A stretch of DNA of 64,000 bases. Source: Candidatus Eiseniibacteriota bacterium. GTDB taxonomy: Bacteria > Eisenbacteria > RBG-16-71-46 > CAZAMP01. Of this stretch, positions 1 through 10,467 are shown piece after piece. Each line of letters begins with the position of its first letter. The stretch's first letter is position 1. The notes under the pieces were generated by a model. That model saw only the letters and a list, made by a program, of their open reading frames with translations. It was not told the origin of the DNA and searched no databases. Location of the stretch: assembly GCA_965224245.1 (NCBI GenBank), contig OZ245046.1, positions 4,000,001-4,064,000 of the forward strand, read 5' to 3'. The translations under genes were made by a program, and so were the position numbers.

Positions 1-1
1 G

Positions 2-1186
2 CGCGTCGCCGAGGAAACCGGTGCCGCCGCGGTGCGCTGGAACCGTCTCTACGATCCCGACACGATCGCGCGGGATCGATCGATCAGGTCCGCGCTCGGG
101 GAGGGCGGACTCGACGTCACGAGCACGCCGGGCTCGGTGCTGATGGAGCCGCACGCGCTGAAGACGACCACCGGCGGTCCCTATCGCGTCTACACTCCGT
201 TCTGGAAGGCGCTCCAGCGCGAGTACACGCCCCCGAAGCGGCTCGACGTGCCGGCGCGTCTCCGGGGACTCGACCGCGATCTCGAGTCGACGTCCATCGA
301 CGCGCTCGGTCTGCTGCCGTCCATCGACTGGGCCGGCGGACTCCGCGACGCGTGGACACCGGGAGAGGTCGGCGCCGAGACGCTCCTCGGCCGTGCGATC
401 GCCGACGTGGTGCCCGACTATGCCGACGAGCGAGATCGACCCGATCACAGGGGGACATCGCGCCTGTCGGCACATCTCCACTTCGGCGAGGTCAGCGTGG
501 CCGACGTCTGGAGGCGCGTGTCGGACGAGGTCCCCGGGAAGCAGGCGCTCCCCTACCTCCGCCAGCTCGCGTGGCGCGACTTCGCCCACCATCTCCTGTT
601 CCACTTCCCGACGACGACCGACACGCCTCTCCGCAACGAGTTCGCGGCCTTCCCGTGGGCCGAGGACGCGGCCGCGCTCCGGCACTGGCAGCGCGGCCGG
701 ACCGGATACCCGATCGTGGACGCGGGCATGCGCGAGCTCTGGACGACGGGCTGGATGCACAACCGCGTGCGGATGATCGTGGGGTCGTTCCTGGTGAAGA
801 ATCTCCTCCAGTCCTGGACGGAGGGAGCCGCGTGGTTCTGGGACACGCTGGTGGACGCCGACCTCGCCAACAACACGTTCGGATGGCAGTGGATCGGCGG
901 CTGCGGCGCCGACGCGGCGCCCTACTTCCGGATCTTCAACCCGATCCTGCAGTCGCGCCGGTTCGACCCGGACGGCGAGTACGTGCGCCGGTGGGTGCCC
1001 GAGCTGGCGAAGCTGCCCGCGAGAGCGATCGCGGCGCCGTGGGAGGCGTCACCGACGCTGCTCGCCGAGGCGGGGGTCACGCTGGGGCGAGACTACCCGC
1101 ACCCCATCGTAGAGCTCCGGCCGAGTCGCAATCGGGCGCTGGCGGCGTACGAGGACATGCGAAGCAGTTCCAAACGGGCCCCCTGA
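2..1186 (+). CDS. phrB: Deoxyribodipyrimidine (CPD class I) photolyase, 5'-truncated by the window edge
   Basis: Frame is open from position 2. FAD-domain motifs GTSRLSAHLHFGE, TGYPIVDAGMREL, GWMHNRVRMIVGSFL, DADLANN, GCGADAAPYFRIFNP. Confidence 0.95.
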   Translation, partial: RVAEETGAAAVRWNRLYDPDTIARDRSIRSALGEGGLDVTSTPGSVLMEPHALKTTTGGPYRVYTPFWKALQREYTPPKRLDVPARLRGLDRDLESTSIDALGLLPSIDWAGGLRDAWTPGEVGAETLLGRAIADVVPDYADERDRPDHRGTSRLSAHLHFGEVSVADVWRRVSDEVPGKQALPYLRQLAWRDFAHHLLFHFPTTTDTPLRNEFAAFPWAEDAAALRHWQRGRTGYPIVDAGMRELWTTGWMHNRVRMIVGSFLVKNLLQSWTEGAAWFWDTLVDADLANNTFGWQWIGGCGADAAPYFRIFNPILQSRRFDPDGEYVRRWVPELAKLPARAIAAPWEASPTLLAEAGVTLGRDYPHPIVELRPSRNRALAAYEDMRSSSKRAP

Positions 1187-1192
1187 CACCTA

Positions 1193-2326
1193 GCGTGCCG
1201 AGTCATAAGTCATGTTAACTACGAACCGCCTTGTTGATGATCTGATCGGCGGGCTTCGTCCAGACGAACGGCTTGGCTTCGAGGTTCCACAACCGGATGA
1301 ACTGCTCGATGTGACGGATGAGGGCCTTTACGCTCGAACTGGTCGCTCGTCTTACCGAGCGTCGGGTCAGGATCGAGAACCACGCCTCGATCATGTTCAA
1401 CCACGACGCGCCGGTCGGCGTGAAGTGGAACTGGACGTTCGGATGGCTCGCGAGCCACTCCCGAACCGCTGGCGTTCGATGCGTCGACGCATTGTCCAGG
1501 ACGATGTGGAGCGTCTCGTCCTCGTACAGATGGGCGAGGTGATCGAGGAAGGTGATGAAGTCGATGCTGGTGTGTCGCTCGCGGCACGCTCCGACGACCT
1601 CTCCGGTGGCGACCTCCAATGCGGCGTAGAGACTGGTGACCCCGTGCCGACGGTAGTCGTGCGTCATGCGAGCGGGCAGTCCCGGGCGCAGGGGGAGGAT
1701 CGGCTGGGTGAGATCGAGCGCTTGGATCTGGGTCTTCTCGTCCAAGCAGAGCACGATGGCATTGTCGGGCGGGTTCATGTACAGCCCCACGACGTCGATG
1801 ATCTTCTCGACCGCCTTGGGGTCGGTCGTGAACTTGAACGACCCGAGCTGATGCGGCTTCACGTTGGCCTGGCGCCAGATGCGCGTCACCGAGCTCTGCG
1901 AGACGCCAGTCCGCTCGGCAATGTCTCGACTCGACCACTGCGTGAGGCCCTTGGGCGGCGGAGTCAACGTCAGCGCGACGACCTTGGAGATCTTCTTTGT
2001 GGTGATCAGCTTCGGGCGCCCCGAGCGCGGGCGATCCACGAGACCCTCGATCCCGTGTTCCGCATACCGACGCCGCAGTCGACTGACGTGAATGATATTG
2101 AACCCGGTCGCGCGCGCCACATCGACGTTGGGGATGCCGTCGGCCATCAGGAGTACGGCCCGGGCGCGCCGACTGGTCCCTGCACGCCCGCGCTGGGAGC
2201 GGGCGATGCGCTCGAGTTCGTGTCGTTCTCGCTTTCCGAGCTGGATGGGTCGAGCATGATTCGCCATGAAGCCTCCAGGTGAAAGCGTACATGGCACATA
2301 TTAGCATGACTTATGACTCGGAACAC
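1193..2326 (-). mobile_element. IS630-family insertion sequence, 1134 bp, apparently intact
   Basis: Imperfect terminal inverted repeats: 1190-1218 CTAGCGTGCCGAGTCATAAGTCATGTTAA vs reverse complement of 2301-2329 CTAGTGTTCCGAGTCATAAGTCATGCTAA (26/29 identical). TA flanks both ends (1191-1192, 2327-2328), reconstructing a CTAG target typical of IS630. Confidence 0.95.
1215..2267 (-). CDS. IS630-family DDE transposase
   Basis: N-terminal HTH with DRPRSGRP. Catalytic motifs LDEKTQIQAL, HIVLDNASTH, FTPTGASWLNMIEAWF. ATG at 2267 has GGAGG upstream; the stop codon lies inside the TIR. Confidence 0.95.
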   Translation of the reverse strand: MANHARPIQLGKRERHELERIARSQRGRAGTSRRARAVLLMADGIPNVDVARATGFNIIHVSRLRRRYAEHGIEGLVDRPRSGRPKLITTKKISKVVALTLTPPPKGLTQWSSRDIAERTGVSQSSVTRIWRQANVKPHQLGSFKFTTDPKAVEKIIDVVGLYMNPPDNAIVLCLDEKTQIQALDLTQPILPLRPGLPARMTHDYRRHGVTSLYAALEVATGEVVGACRERHTSIDFITFLDHLAHLYEDETLHIVLDNASTHRTPAVREWLASHPNVQFHFTPTGASWLNMIEAWFSILTRRSVRRATSSSVKALIRHIEQFIRLWNLEAKPFVWTKPADQIINKAVRS

Positions 2327-2691
2327 TAGCGCGTCGGTGATTCGACGTGGACCGGTCGGCTCTCCTGCGGACCCCGTTGAAGCCGAGGAAGGTGAGTGTC
2401 TTCTGGTCCCCGGGCGCCGGGCCAGGCCACATCGCAGTCGGAGCCGGAATGCTTCGACCGAGACATCGGGTTTGGTCGAACATGATCGGGGCGATCGAGC
2501 CCGTGATCGCCTGTCCATGACGAGAGCGTCGACGTCGTCGTTTTGGGTTCATCCGGGCTCCCGGGAAATCCGCCCGGCACGAGCGACGCTCCGGGCTCGC
2601 GTCACCGGTGATCGTCCTCGTCTTGCCGTCCTCGCGACCTCGGTGACACTCACGATCGCTCGGGTCGTGGCGCGCGGCGATTCCCCGGTGC

Positions 2692-2925
2692 CATGCCCCG
2701 ACACATCCCCCGTGCCCCGAGGCATCCCCCGTGCCCCGAGGCATCCTCCGTGACCCGAGGCATCCCCCGTGACCCGGTGATGACCCCGTGACCCGGCAAC
2801 CCCGTGACCCTGTGATCCGGTGACCCGGTGAACCCGTGACCCGGTGACCCCGTGACGCGGTGACCCGGCGGCGCCGACCCCGGTGACCGAGGTGAGCCCA
2901 CTGACCCTCGTGCAACCGGGTGACC
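2692..2925. repeat. Composite tandem repeat: 19-bp unit x about 4, then degenerate 8-bp GTGACCC(G/C) units
   Basis: CATCCCCCGTG(C/A)CCCGAGG starts at 2704, 2723, 2742 and (partial) 2761, followed by many GTGACCCG/GTGACCCC copies to about 2870 and degenerate copies beyond. Confidence 0.85.
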
Positions 2926-3914
2926 CTTCTGGCTCTCGGCGCTCGTGACCATCATGCAGCATCAGCTCGTGACGGTCGTGAACCTCTCGGCGCGCGTGAC
3001 TCCTCGCGATCCGGATGATACCCGTCGTCCGTCGCGTCCCTGCGAGGTCACGACGCGGGAAGCGGCTCACCCGGCGCGTGGCCCGTTCGCTCGCGGCCGA
3101 TTCACCTGGCTCGACTCGCTCGAGCACGCCTCGCCGTCGTTCGCGACTCGCGGTCACTCGCGCCGTCGCGCGTCGAGCCACACCTCGCGCGCCGCGGCCA
3201 CCGGCATCGCGTGCAACGCGGCGTGACAGCGCCAGCACACCGTGGCCAGGTCTCCAGCGTGTTCCGACCCCCGAGCTCCACGGGCAGCCGATGATGCACC
3301 GCGAGGTGATGCCGGCTGTTGCACCCGGGTACACGACATCGGTGCTCGTCGCGTGCGAGCACGCGTCGCCGCAGGCTCGGCGCGATGCTGGCGCGACGCC
3401 GGCCCCGGGCATCGACGACGTCCGCGTCGGCAAGAATGGCCCGGCGCATGACGTCGGGAAGCGCACGATCCCCGATGCGCGCCCGTCGACAGGTCGGACA
3501 GTCCTGGACGACGATCTGATAGCACGACCGCGGTCCCGCTCCTGCCACCATCGCCGTCGATGAGGAAGACGTCGTGGGCCATGACGCCCGAGGGGGACGC
3601 CGACGACGACGGAGACGCCGGAGACGCAGGACGCACGCGGGATGAGGAAGCCGACGGGGATGAGGAGGACGGCGCCGACGTCGACCGAGCCGCCGCTCCC
3701 GACGCCGTCGACCGAGCCGCCAACCCCGACGACAGGGCGTTCGCGAACATCGCCATCGCCGCGACGACGAACTCCGCCTTCGAGCCCCGGAACCCGTGCT
3801 TCCGGGCGTGCTCCCACGCGGCCTCGGCGTGCGCATGGGAGAGGGTATCGAGACGGACGCGCAGCTCGAGGGTCACCTCGAGCGTCGGCGGCGATGTCGC
3901 GGCGGCATCGCCGA

Positions 3915-4115
3915 CCTTCGCGGCGGCGTCGAGCACCCCGGCTGGGTCGACCGGGGTAGCGCAGTCGACCACCGCGGCAGGGTCGACCACCGCGGCGGAG
4001 TCGACCACCGCGGTGGAGCCGACCGTGGCAGGTTCGACGACGGTGGCGGAATCGACCACCGCGGTGGAGTCCGCCACCGTCGCCGAGTCGGCCACCGCCG
4101 CCGGATCGACCCGGA
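3915..4115 (-). repeat. In-frame 18-bp (6-aa) degenerate tandem repeat inside the HNH gene
   Basis: Translates to VDPAAV ADSATV ADSTAV VDSATV VEPATV ... VDSAAV VDPAAV VDCATP VDPAGV. Confidence 0.8.
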
Positions 4116-4520
4116 TCGTCTCCTGGGCCGCGCCACCGACCGCCCGCCGCGCCGCCGCCCGGGCGTCCGCGATCCGCTGCTCCAGCTCCCGACGCGACAG
4201 ACGCGACGCCAGCCCGATCCACGCATCCGCGGACGAGGCGGTCAGGATCGGCGCGATCGCGCGCGCCTTCGTCCAGCTCAGCCGGCCCGACGCCATCGCG
4301 TCGCGGAGCGCCGGGAACTCCCGCATCCGCTCGGACAGCCCCCGCAGCTGATGACACCGCGACGCCGACATCTCCAGTCGCTCGGTCGCGTACGCCAGCA
4401 TCGAGGTGAAGCCGAGCACGCGGTAGTGGTGCTCGGCGTCGATCTCGGCGAACGACAGCGCGACCGCGACGCTGGCGCGGCCTTCCAGACGTCGCACGCG
4501 CTCCAGCCGCCGGCAGGCGC

Positions 4521-4642
4521 GACGCGAGCGCGCCTCGCGCCGAGCGTCCGTCCCCTGAAGACGGGAGCGCGCGTTGTTCCGAACGTCCGTCCCCTGAAGA
4601 CGGGAGCGCGCGTCGCTCCGAACGTCCGCCCCCTGGAGACGG
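4521..4642 (-). repeat. In-frame 39-bp (13-aa) tandem repeat x3 in the N-terminus of the HNH gene
   Basis: Units start at 4521, 4560 and 4599. Protein SRLQGADVRSDAR / SRLQGTDVRNNAR / SRLQGTDARREAR. Confidence 0.9.
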
Positions 4643-4897
4643 CTCGTGTTCGTGCGGGACACGTTCGCGACACGCGATGGCTCGGACCTGGATACCCGCA
4701 TGATGCACCCCTCAGTCGACGGTGTTGAGCCTCGGACGACCGGCCGATCCGATCGCACGGCGCCGCGTCATCAATCGGCGCTGACGGAGATCGACCGGTG
4801 AACGCCATCGCCCGGGGCGTGCGCGGCGAAGGAACTGGCAACTGCTCGATCCACCGCGGGGGAGAGGTCCGTCGATCTGGGGCTGATCGACGTGAGA

Positions 4898-4926
4898 AGA
4901 CTACCGGAACGGCCGGGCGAAGTCAA
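4898..4926 (-). promoter_or_regulatory. Putative sigma70 promoter for the HNH gene
   Basis: Minus strand TTGACT-N17-TAGTCT with an AT-rich tract immediately upstream (4927-4957). Confidence 0.6.
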
Positions 4927-5539
4927 GCATAAATCAATACGTGACAATACTTTAACAGGCTCGAGGGGGGGCTCCGATCGACCGCATCCGAGACGTCGGA
5001 GAGCCCGCCGGTGGGTCCCGAAGACCCGGGCGCTCACCGCTCGTCGTGCCGAGCGCCTCCGCGCCCCGCCATACCCGGGCAAGAACCAGCTCCGGCATCC
5101 GACCGAGCGGCGAGCCCGGAGGCGCCGACGCACGAACGAGGCTCGATGTCGTCATCGAGGTCTCGAGACGAACTCGCTCCCCGCGATGCCCGGATGCGCC
5201 CCTTCTCGAATGGCAGCACCCACGGCTACGTGCCGCGTCAGCGAACTCGGCACCGATCGAGGAGGCGCGGCACCCGGCCACGTGCGTGTGTTCGCTCGAC
5301 ACGCCGCCGAGAACAGCCGGGTATGACGGGAGCCCATGAGACGAGGCGACGGTCGTGGCGCCCTTCGTTCGTGCTCTCCAGGAGGTTGGTTCACGGGTCT
5401 GGTGCGACGACGACAAACTGAAGCTCGGTGACCGTCTGCGTCGTGCGATCGGCCACGGTCTCGCCGAGACCGGCTCCGGCATCGTTGTCGCGTGCATGAA
5501 GACGCGGCCAGCCTCCCGCCAGGGCCAGCTCGCGGGTCG

Positions 5540-7498
5540 CTACATCGACCGGTGCCTGGCGATCAGCGCGTCGACGATCTGGGGCTCGGCCAGCGTGGTC
5601 ACGTCGCCGAGGCCTGAGTACTCACCCGCGGCGATCTTGCGCAGAATGCGCCGCATGATCTTCCCGCTCCGGGTCTTCGGCAGGCCCGGAGCGACGAGGA
5701 TCATGTCGGGCGTGGCCACCGGTCCGATCACGCGGCGGACCTGCTCGCGCAGCTCGGCCACCAGCTCGGCCGGCGCCCGCCCCTCGTGCTCGGGCGTGAC
5801 GATCACGTAGGCGAAGATGCCCTGCCCCTTGATCTCGTGCGGGTAGCCCACCACGGCCGCCTCGGCCACCGCGTCGTGCGCGACCAGCGCGCTCTCGACC
5901 TCGGCGGTGCCCATGCGGTGTCCCGACACGTTGATCACGTCGTCGACGCGTCCGGTGATCCAGTAGTAGCCGTCCTCGTCGCGGCGGCAGCCGTCCCCGG
6001 TGAAGTAACGTCCCGGATAGGTGTAGAAGTACGTCTCACGAAAGCGCTTGTGATCGCCGTAGACGGTGCGGGACTGGCCGGGCCACGAGCGCGCGAGGCA
6101 GAGGTTGCCGCTGACGCCGTTCCCGGACAGGACCCCGCCCTCGGCGTCCACGATCACCGGCTCGACCCCGAAGAACGGTAGCGTGGCCGAGCCCGGCTTG
6201 GCCGGCGTCGCGCCCGGAAGCGGCGTGATCATGATCCCGCCGGTCTCGGTCTGCCACCAGGTGTCCACGACCGCGCAGCGTCCGCCGCCGACGACGTCGT
6301 GATACCAGCGCCAGACCTCGGGGTTGATGGGCTCGCCCACCGTGCCCAGCACGCGCAGCGACTCGCGCGAGTGCGACGTGACCGGCTCGTCTCCCGCGCG
6401 CGCGATCGCGCGGATCGCGGTGGGCGCGGTGTAGAAGATGTTCACGCCGAGATCGTCCACGATCTGCCAGTAGCGTCCCGCGTCCGGATACGTCGGCACC
6501 GACTCGAACATCACCGTCGTGGCCCCGTTGGCCAGCGGTCCGTAGATGATATAGGAGTGCCCGGTGATCCAGCCGATGTCGGCGGCACAGAAGTAGACGT
6601 CCCCGGGGTGATGGTCGAACACGACCTCGTGGGTGAGCGACGCGTACACCATGTAACCGCCGGTCGTGTGCATGACCCCCTTCGGCTGGCCGGTGGATCC
6701 CGACGTGTACAGGATGAACAGCGGGTCCTCGGCGTCCATCTCCTCGGCCGGCGCATACGGACGCTGCTTCTGCATCTCGACGTCGAGCCAGTGGTCGCGC
6801 CCCCCGCGCATCGGGACGCGCGTGTCGGTGCGGCGAGCCACCAGCACCGTATCGACGAGCCCGAGCCCGTCGACGGCATGGTCGACGGTCTCCTTGAGCG
6901 GCAGCGCGCGCCCGCCGCGACGTCCCTCGTCGGCGGTCACGACCACGCGGCATCCGGCGTCGAGGATGCGGTCGCGAATCGCGTCGGCGCTGAACCCTCC
7001 GAAGATGATCGAGTGCACCGCGCCGATCCGCGCGCACGCGAGCATCGTGTAGGCGAGCTCGGGAATCATCGGCATGTACAGACAGACGCGGTCGCCTTTC
7101 CGGACGCCGTGGTGGCGGAGCACGTTGGCGACGCGGCAGACCTCACGGCGCAGGGTGGCGAACGTGATGCGCTCGTACTCGCCGGGCTCGTCCTTGGCCC
7201 AGATGATGGCCACGTCGTCGGGACGGGTGACGGCGTGCCGATCGACGCAGTTCAGGCACGCGTTGAGCGTGCCGCCGATGAACCAGGCGATCTCGACGTC
7301 CTCGGGCGTGTAGTCGACGCTGGAGACCCGATCGAACGGTCGGATCCAGTCCAGGCGTCGGGCCTCCTCGGCCCAGAACGCGTCGGGATCCTCGATCGAC
7401 CGGCGGTAGCGTTCGCGGTACGCGTCCAGCCCGCTGACGTGGGCGCGCGCGACCAGAGAGTCCTTCGGTGGATAGACGTCCGGAGACGAGTCGCTCAT
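5540..7498 (-). CDS. acs: Acetyl-CoA synthetase (acetate--CoA ligase)
   Basis: [14 protein letters not shown]-binding motif, [37 protein letters not shown]; 652 aa. Confidence 0.97.
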   Translation of the reverse strand: MSDSSPDVYPPKDSLVARAHVSGLDAYRERYRRSIEDPDAFWAEEARRLDWIRPFDRVSSVDYTPEDVEIAWFIGGTLNACLNCVDRHAVTRPDDVAIIWAKDEPGEYERITFATLRREVCRVANVLRHHGVRKGDRVCLYMPMIPELAYTMLACARIGAVHSIIFGGFSADAIRDRILDAGCRVVVTADEGRRGGRALPLKETVDHAVDGLGLVDTVLVARRTDTRVPMRGGRDHWLDVEMQKQRPYAPAEEMDAEDPLFILYTSGSTGQPKGVMHTTGGYMVYASLTHEVVFDHHPGDVYFCAADIGWITGHSYIIYGPLANGATTVMFESVPTYPDAGRYWQIVDDLGVNIFYTAPTAIRAIARAGDEPVTSHSRESLRVLGTVGEPINPEVWRWYHDVVGGGRCAVVDTWWQTETGGIMITPLPGATPAKPGSATLPFFGVEPVIVDAEGGVLSGNGVSGNLCLARSWPGQSRTVYGDHKRFRETYFYTYPGRYFTGDGCRRDEDGYYWITGRVDDVINVSGHRMGTAEVESALVAHDAVAEAAVVGYPHEIKGQGIFAYVIVTPEHEGRAPAELVAELREQVRRVIGPVATPDMILVAPGLPKTRSGKIMRRILRKIAAGEYSGLGDVTTLAEPQIVDALIARHRSM

Positions 7499-7658
7499 CG
7501 TGAGTCCTCTCCGCGCGAGCGCGCAGCTCGCACCCTGGATGACGGATGGACGGGGTTTCCGATCGACGACGGGTCGAGAGCCGATCGGGCCGAGGTGAAA
7601 CGCTAGCGGGAAGCCTCGGATGCGTCAACCGACGGGGGCACCCGGGCCGGCGCGTCGA

Positions 7659-8960
7659 TCACGATCGGTCGCCGGTATCGGCCGTCCTCCCGAGTCGCGT
7701 CGGACGCCGCCGGCGATCGATCCCGGTGCGCTCCTCCACACCGGGGAGGCGCGGCCGCTCGGCGGGCTCGCGGTCGACGAGCGCGAGGTTGGCGAGCACG
7801 ACCTCGCGCTCGCGGCGCTCCTGGCGGCAATCGTTGAACGCGAGCAACGCTTCCCGGAAGAAGCGCCGTGCCGAAGCGGCGTCACCGAGCCGGTGGTAGA
7901 GCGACCCGATGTTGTTGTACGTGGCCCCGAGCCCGGCCTGATCGCCGGCCTTCCGTCGCGCGTCGACCGCCTTCTCGTATGCGCTCAGCGCCAGCGTGAT
8001 CTTGCCGGTGGATTCGTGCAGCATCGCCATCATGTGGTGGAGACTCGCCAGCGCCGACGCGACACCCGACCCGCGCGCGAGGAAGATCGCCTCCTCCAGC
8101 GAGGCTCGGGCGCCTTCCACGTCGCCACGCTGGAGCTGGAGATCGCCCAGTCGCTCCAGCGCGTTCACGCGGAGAAGCTGATCCCCGGCCTCGGCGGCCA
8201 GGCACGCGCCCTCGGTCAGGCAGCGATCGGCATCATCGGTCTCGCCCAGCTCGAGGCAGACCGTGCCGTACCCGATCAGCGCCATTGCCTCACCGGCGCG
8301 AGCACCTTCGTGTCGGGCGCGCTCCAGGGCGTGCGCGAAGTACCGTGCCGCGTGATCCATCTCGCCCGCGTCGAGGCTCTGGCGGCCGAGGAGGCACAGC
8401 ACCTCGATCTCGGCGTCCACGGACCCGGCCTGCGCCGCCAGCTTCAACGCTTCGGACAGGTGCAGGGCCGCGTGCTCGTGACCGCCGAGCGCCTCCCAGG
8501 CCTCGCCCAGACACCGTCGAATGGCCATCTCCAGCGGGGGGTCGTCCGGCACGAGACGCAGCGCCTCTTCCCAGGCCGCGACCGCCCGGTCCCACGCCCC
8601 GGCCCTCGCGTCGAGCCGGGCCCGCATGTGGAGCGCGTCGGTGACCGAGGCGGCAGGAACCGGTGGCGATTCGGCGCACAGCACACCGTCGATCGCGCTC
8701 CGGCACGCGTCGTCTCGACCGGCGGCAAAGAACCACTCCGCGAAGAGGATGGCGGCTTCGCCGGAGAGGACGTCCGGCCGTGCGCGGAGTCGCGTCTCCA
8801 TCCGGGCAAGCGTGTCGGCGTCGAGATCCACGCCACTCGTTCTCTCGCGGAGTGCACGCAGGCACCGATCCCGGTCGGACGGGGTCGTCGCGGCCACGAG
8901 CGCGTCGACGAGGCGTTCCACGTCGGCGGCCGAGTCCGGGCGGGGCTCGGGTTCGGACAT
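7659..8960 (-). CDS. Tetratricopeptide repeat protein
   Basis: Serial TPR-like helices (ALIGYGTVCLELGE, ALERLGDLQLQRGD, TYNNIGSLYHRLGD). ATG 8960 has a GGAGGAG RBS. Confidence 0.8.
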   Translation of the reverse strand: MSEPEPRPDSAADVERLVDALVAATTPSDRDRCLRALRERTSGVDLDADTLARMETRLRARPDVLSGEAAILFAEWFFAAGRDDACRSAIDGVLCAESPPVPAASVTDALHMRARLDARAGAWDRAVAAWEEALRLVPDDPPLEMAIRRCLGEAWEALGGHEHAALHLSEALKLAAQAGSVDAEIEVLCLLGRQSLDAGEMDHAARYFAHALERARHEGARAGEAMALIGYGTVCLELGETDDADRCLTEGACLAAEAGDQLLRVNALERLGDLQLQRGDVEGARASLEEAIFLARGSGVASALASLHHMMAMLHESTGKITLALSAYEKAVDARRKAGDQAGLGATYNNIGSLYHRLGDAASARRFFREALLAFNDCRQERREREVVLANLALVDREPAERPRLPGVEERTGIDRRRRPTRLGRTADTGDRS

Positions 8961-9157
8961 TCGGTGCTCCTCCACGCGCGGGCGCGCCATGGCGACGGGG
9001 TGGGCCTCTCTCCGAAGATCGGACCCCGAAACCCACAACTTGAGCGACCGGGTGTCCGGGGGTCCCCGATGTCACCGTGCGGTGCCGGTTGAGCCGGGCC
9101 GGGGTGATCGCTATGCTCCCACGACCTCGGCACGTGCCACTCGAGATCGGAGTCCCC

Positions 9158-10372
9158 GTGAAGCCCGAGATCCTCCGGCAGAAGCTCATCGACTTCGTGG
9201 CGCCCAGGATGCGCGCCGACGGAATCGCCCAGTGGCTCGTCCTCACGCGTGAAGGCAGTCGCGACCCGATCGCCGATCGCATGGCGGGCGGCACCGCGGT
9301 GGGCCGGATGGCCATCGCGATCCGGCCGACCCCCGGCGGCGTCGAGCTGCACGCGGTCTGCGCGTCCTACGACCTGGCGCCGCTCGAGGACTCGGGGCTG
9401 TTCACCGGGATCCAGTCGTACGGCGAGAAGGGATGGGGCGAGCCCCTGGGCGCGCTGGTCGGCGCGTGCCCGGACGGACGGATCGCCGTGAACTCGTCGG
9501 CCGACGAACCTCTCGGTGACGGCCTCTCGCACACGCTCCGCGAGGAGCTCCTGGCCTCGGTCAGCGGAGACCCGAGCGCCCGCCTGGTGTCCTCCGAGCC
9601 ACTGGTGGGCGAGCTCTTCGGCCGCAAGACGTCCTGGGAAATCCAGCGCATCCGCCAGGCCGCGGTCGAGGCGGAACGCATTCTCCGCTGGGCGCTGAGC
9701 CCCGAGTGCCTGACACCCGACGACACCACCGAGGCCGAGCTGGCCGAACGCATCGCGCAGCGGGTCGAGTCGCACGGGTACGGCTTCGCGTGGGAGCGCT
9801 CGTTCTGTCCCAGCGTCCAGTTCGCGACCACGCGGGGACATGCGGCGCCCGGCTCGGCGACCGTCTCGTTCGGCGAGCTGGCCTGCATCGACTTCGGACT
9901 CTCGATCGACGGATACGTCTCCGACCTCCAGCGAACGATGGTGATCTGCGAGCGCGACGCGATCCCCGACGACGTCGCCGGCCTCTGGCGCACGACTCGG
10001 GCGGCCGTCGACGCGGCGGCTCGCCGGATGCGTCCGGGCGTCACCGGCCTCGAGGTGGACGCGGCCGCCCGCTCGGTCATCCACCGGAGCGGCTACGTCG
10101 ACTACATCCACGCCACCGGCCACCCGCTCGGCTACGACGTACACGACGTGGGTCCGATGCTGGGGCCCAACTGGCCGGGACGCTACGGCAAGCGCGTGCA
10201 CCAGGAGCTCCAGGAGTCGATGGTCATGACGCTCGAGCCCGCGGCGGCGATCGAGCGCGAGGACGGACTCCTGCGGGTCGGCCTCGAGGAGGACGTCGTC
10301 GTTCGCGCCGACGGCGTCGAGTACCTGGCGCCTCCCCAGCTCGAGATCTGGACGTACGATGACCGGTCGTAG
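9158..10372 (+). CDS. M24-family (Xaa-Pro) aminopeptidase
   Basis: Metal ligand motifs IDFG...YVSDLQRT, HATGHPLGYDVHD, TLEP, LEEDVVV. GTG 9158 follows GGAG; the start is uncertain. Confidence 0.88.
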   Translation: MKPEILRQKLIDFVAPRMRADGIAQWLVLTREGSRDPIADRMAGGTAVGRMAIAIRPTPGGVELHAVCASYDLAPLEDSGLFTGIQSYGEKGWGEPLGALVGACPDGRIAVNSSADEPLGDGLSHTLREELLASVSGDPSARLVSSEPLVGELFGRKTSWEIQRIRQAAVEAERILRWALSPECLTPDDTTEAELAERIAQRVESHGYGFAWERSFCPSVQFATTRGHAAPGSATVSFGELACIDFGLSIDGYVSDLQRTMVICERDAIPDDVAGLWRTTRAAVDAAARRMRPGVTGLEVDAAARSVIHRSGYVDYIHATGHPLGYDVHDVGPMLGPNWPGRYGKRVHQELQESMVMTLEPAAAIEREDGLLRVGLEEDVVVRADGVEYLAPPQLEIWTYDDRS

Positions 10373-10467
10373 CCCGCGGCGCACCGCGGAGCGCGCGCCG
10401 GGTCGCACCGCGGGTCGTCGCCCGCGGCACCGTGCGCGGCCCTGAGCCGCGACGCGGGGAGTAGACG

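Larger units (their letters stand above)
3154..4701 (-). pseudogene. DUF222-like/HNH endonuclease with two compensating frameshifts (pseudogene or sequencing error)
   Basis: Frame A gives LGFTSMLAYATERL...PALRDAMASGRLSWTKA...RELE and the final LATVCWRCHAALH. Frame B (ORF 3102..3836) gives YQIVVQDCPTC...RRRVLARDEHRCRVPGC...VHHRLPVELGGRNTLE. Joining B to A at about 3251 restores a full HNH motif. ATG 4701 has a GAGGGG RBS. Confidence 0.75.

Noticed and set aside
2292-2306. TGGCAC near the IS end as a sigma54 promoter
   Set aside because: The -12 TTGC element is not at the required spacing.
4521-4642. 39-bp repeats with small hairpins as a mini-CRISPR array
   Set aside because: The variable parts are only about 11 bp and resemble each other, the period is in frame within a CDS, and no cas genes are present.
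4960-5535. Small ORFs between the HNH gene and acs
   Set aside because: No recognisable motif or convincing coding signal in any frame.
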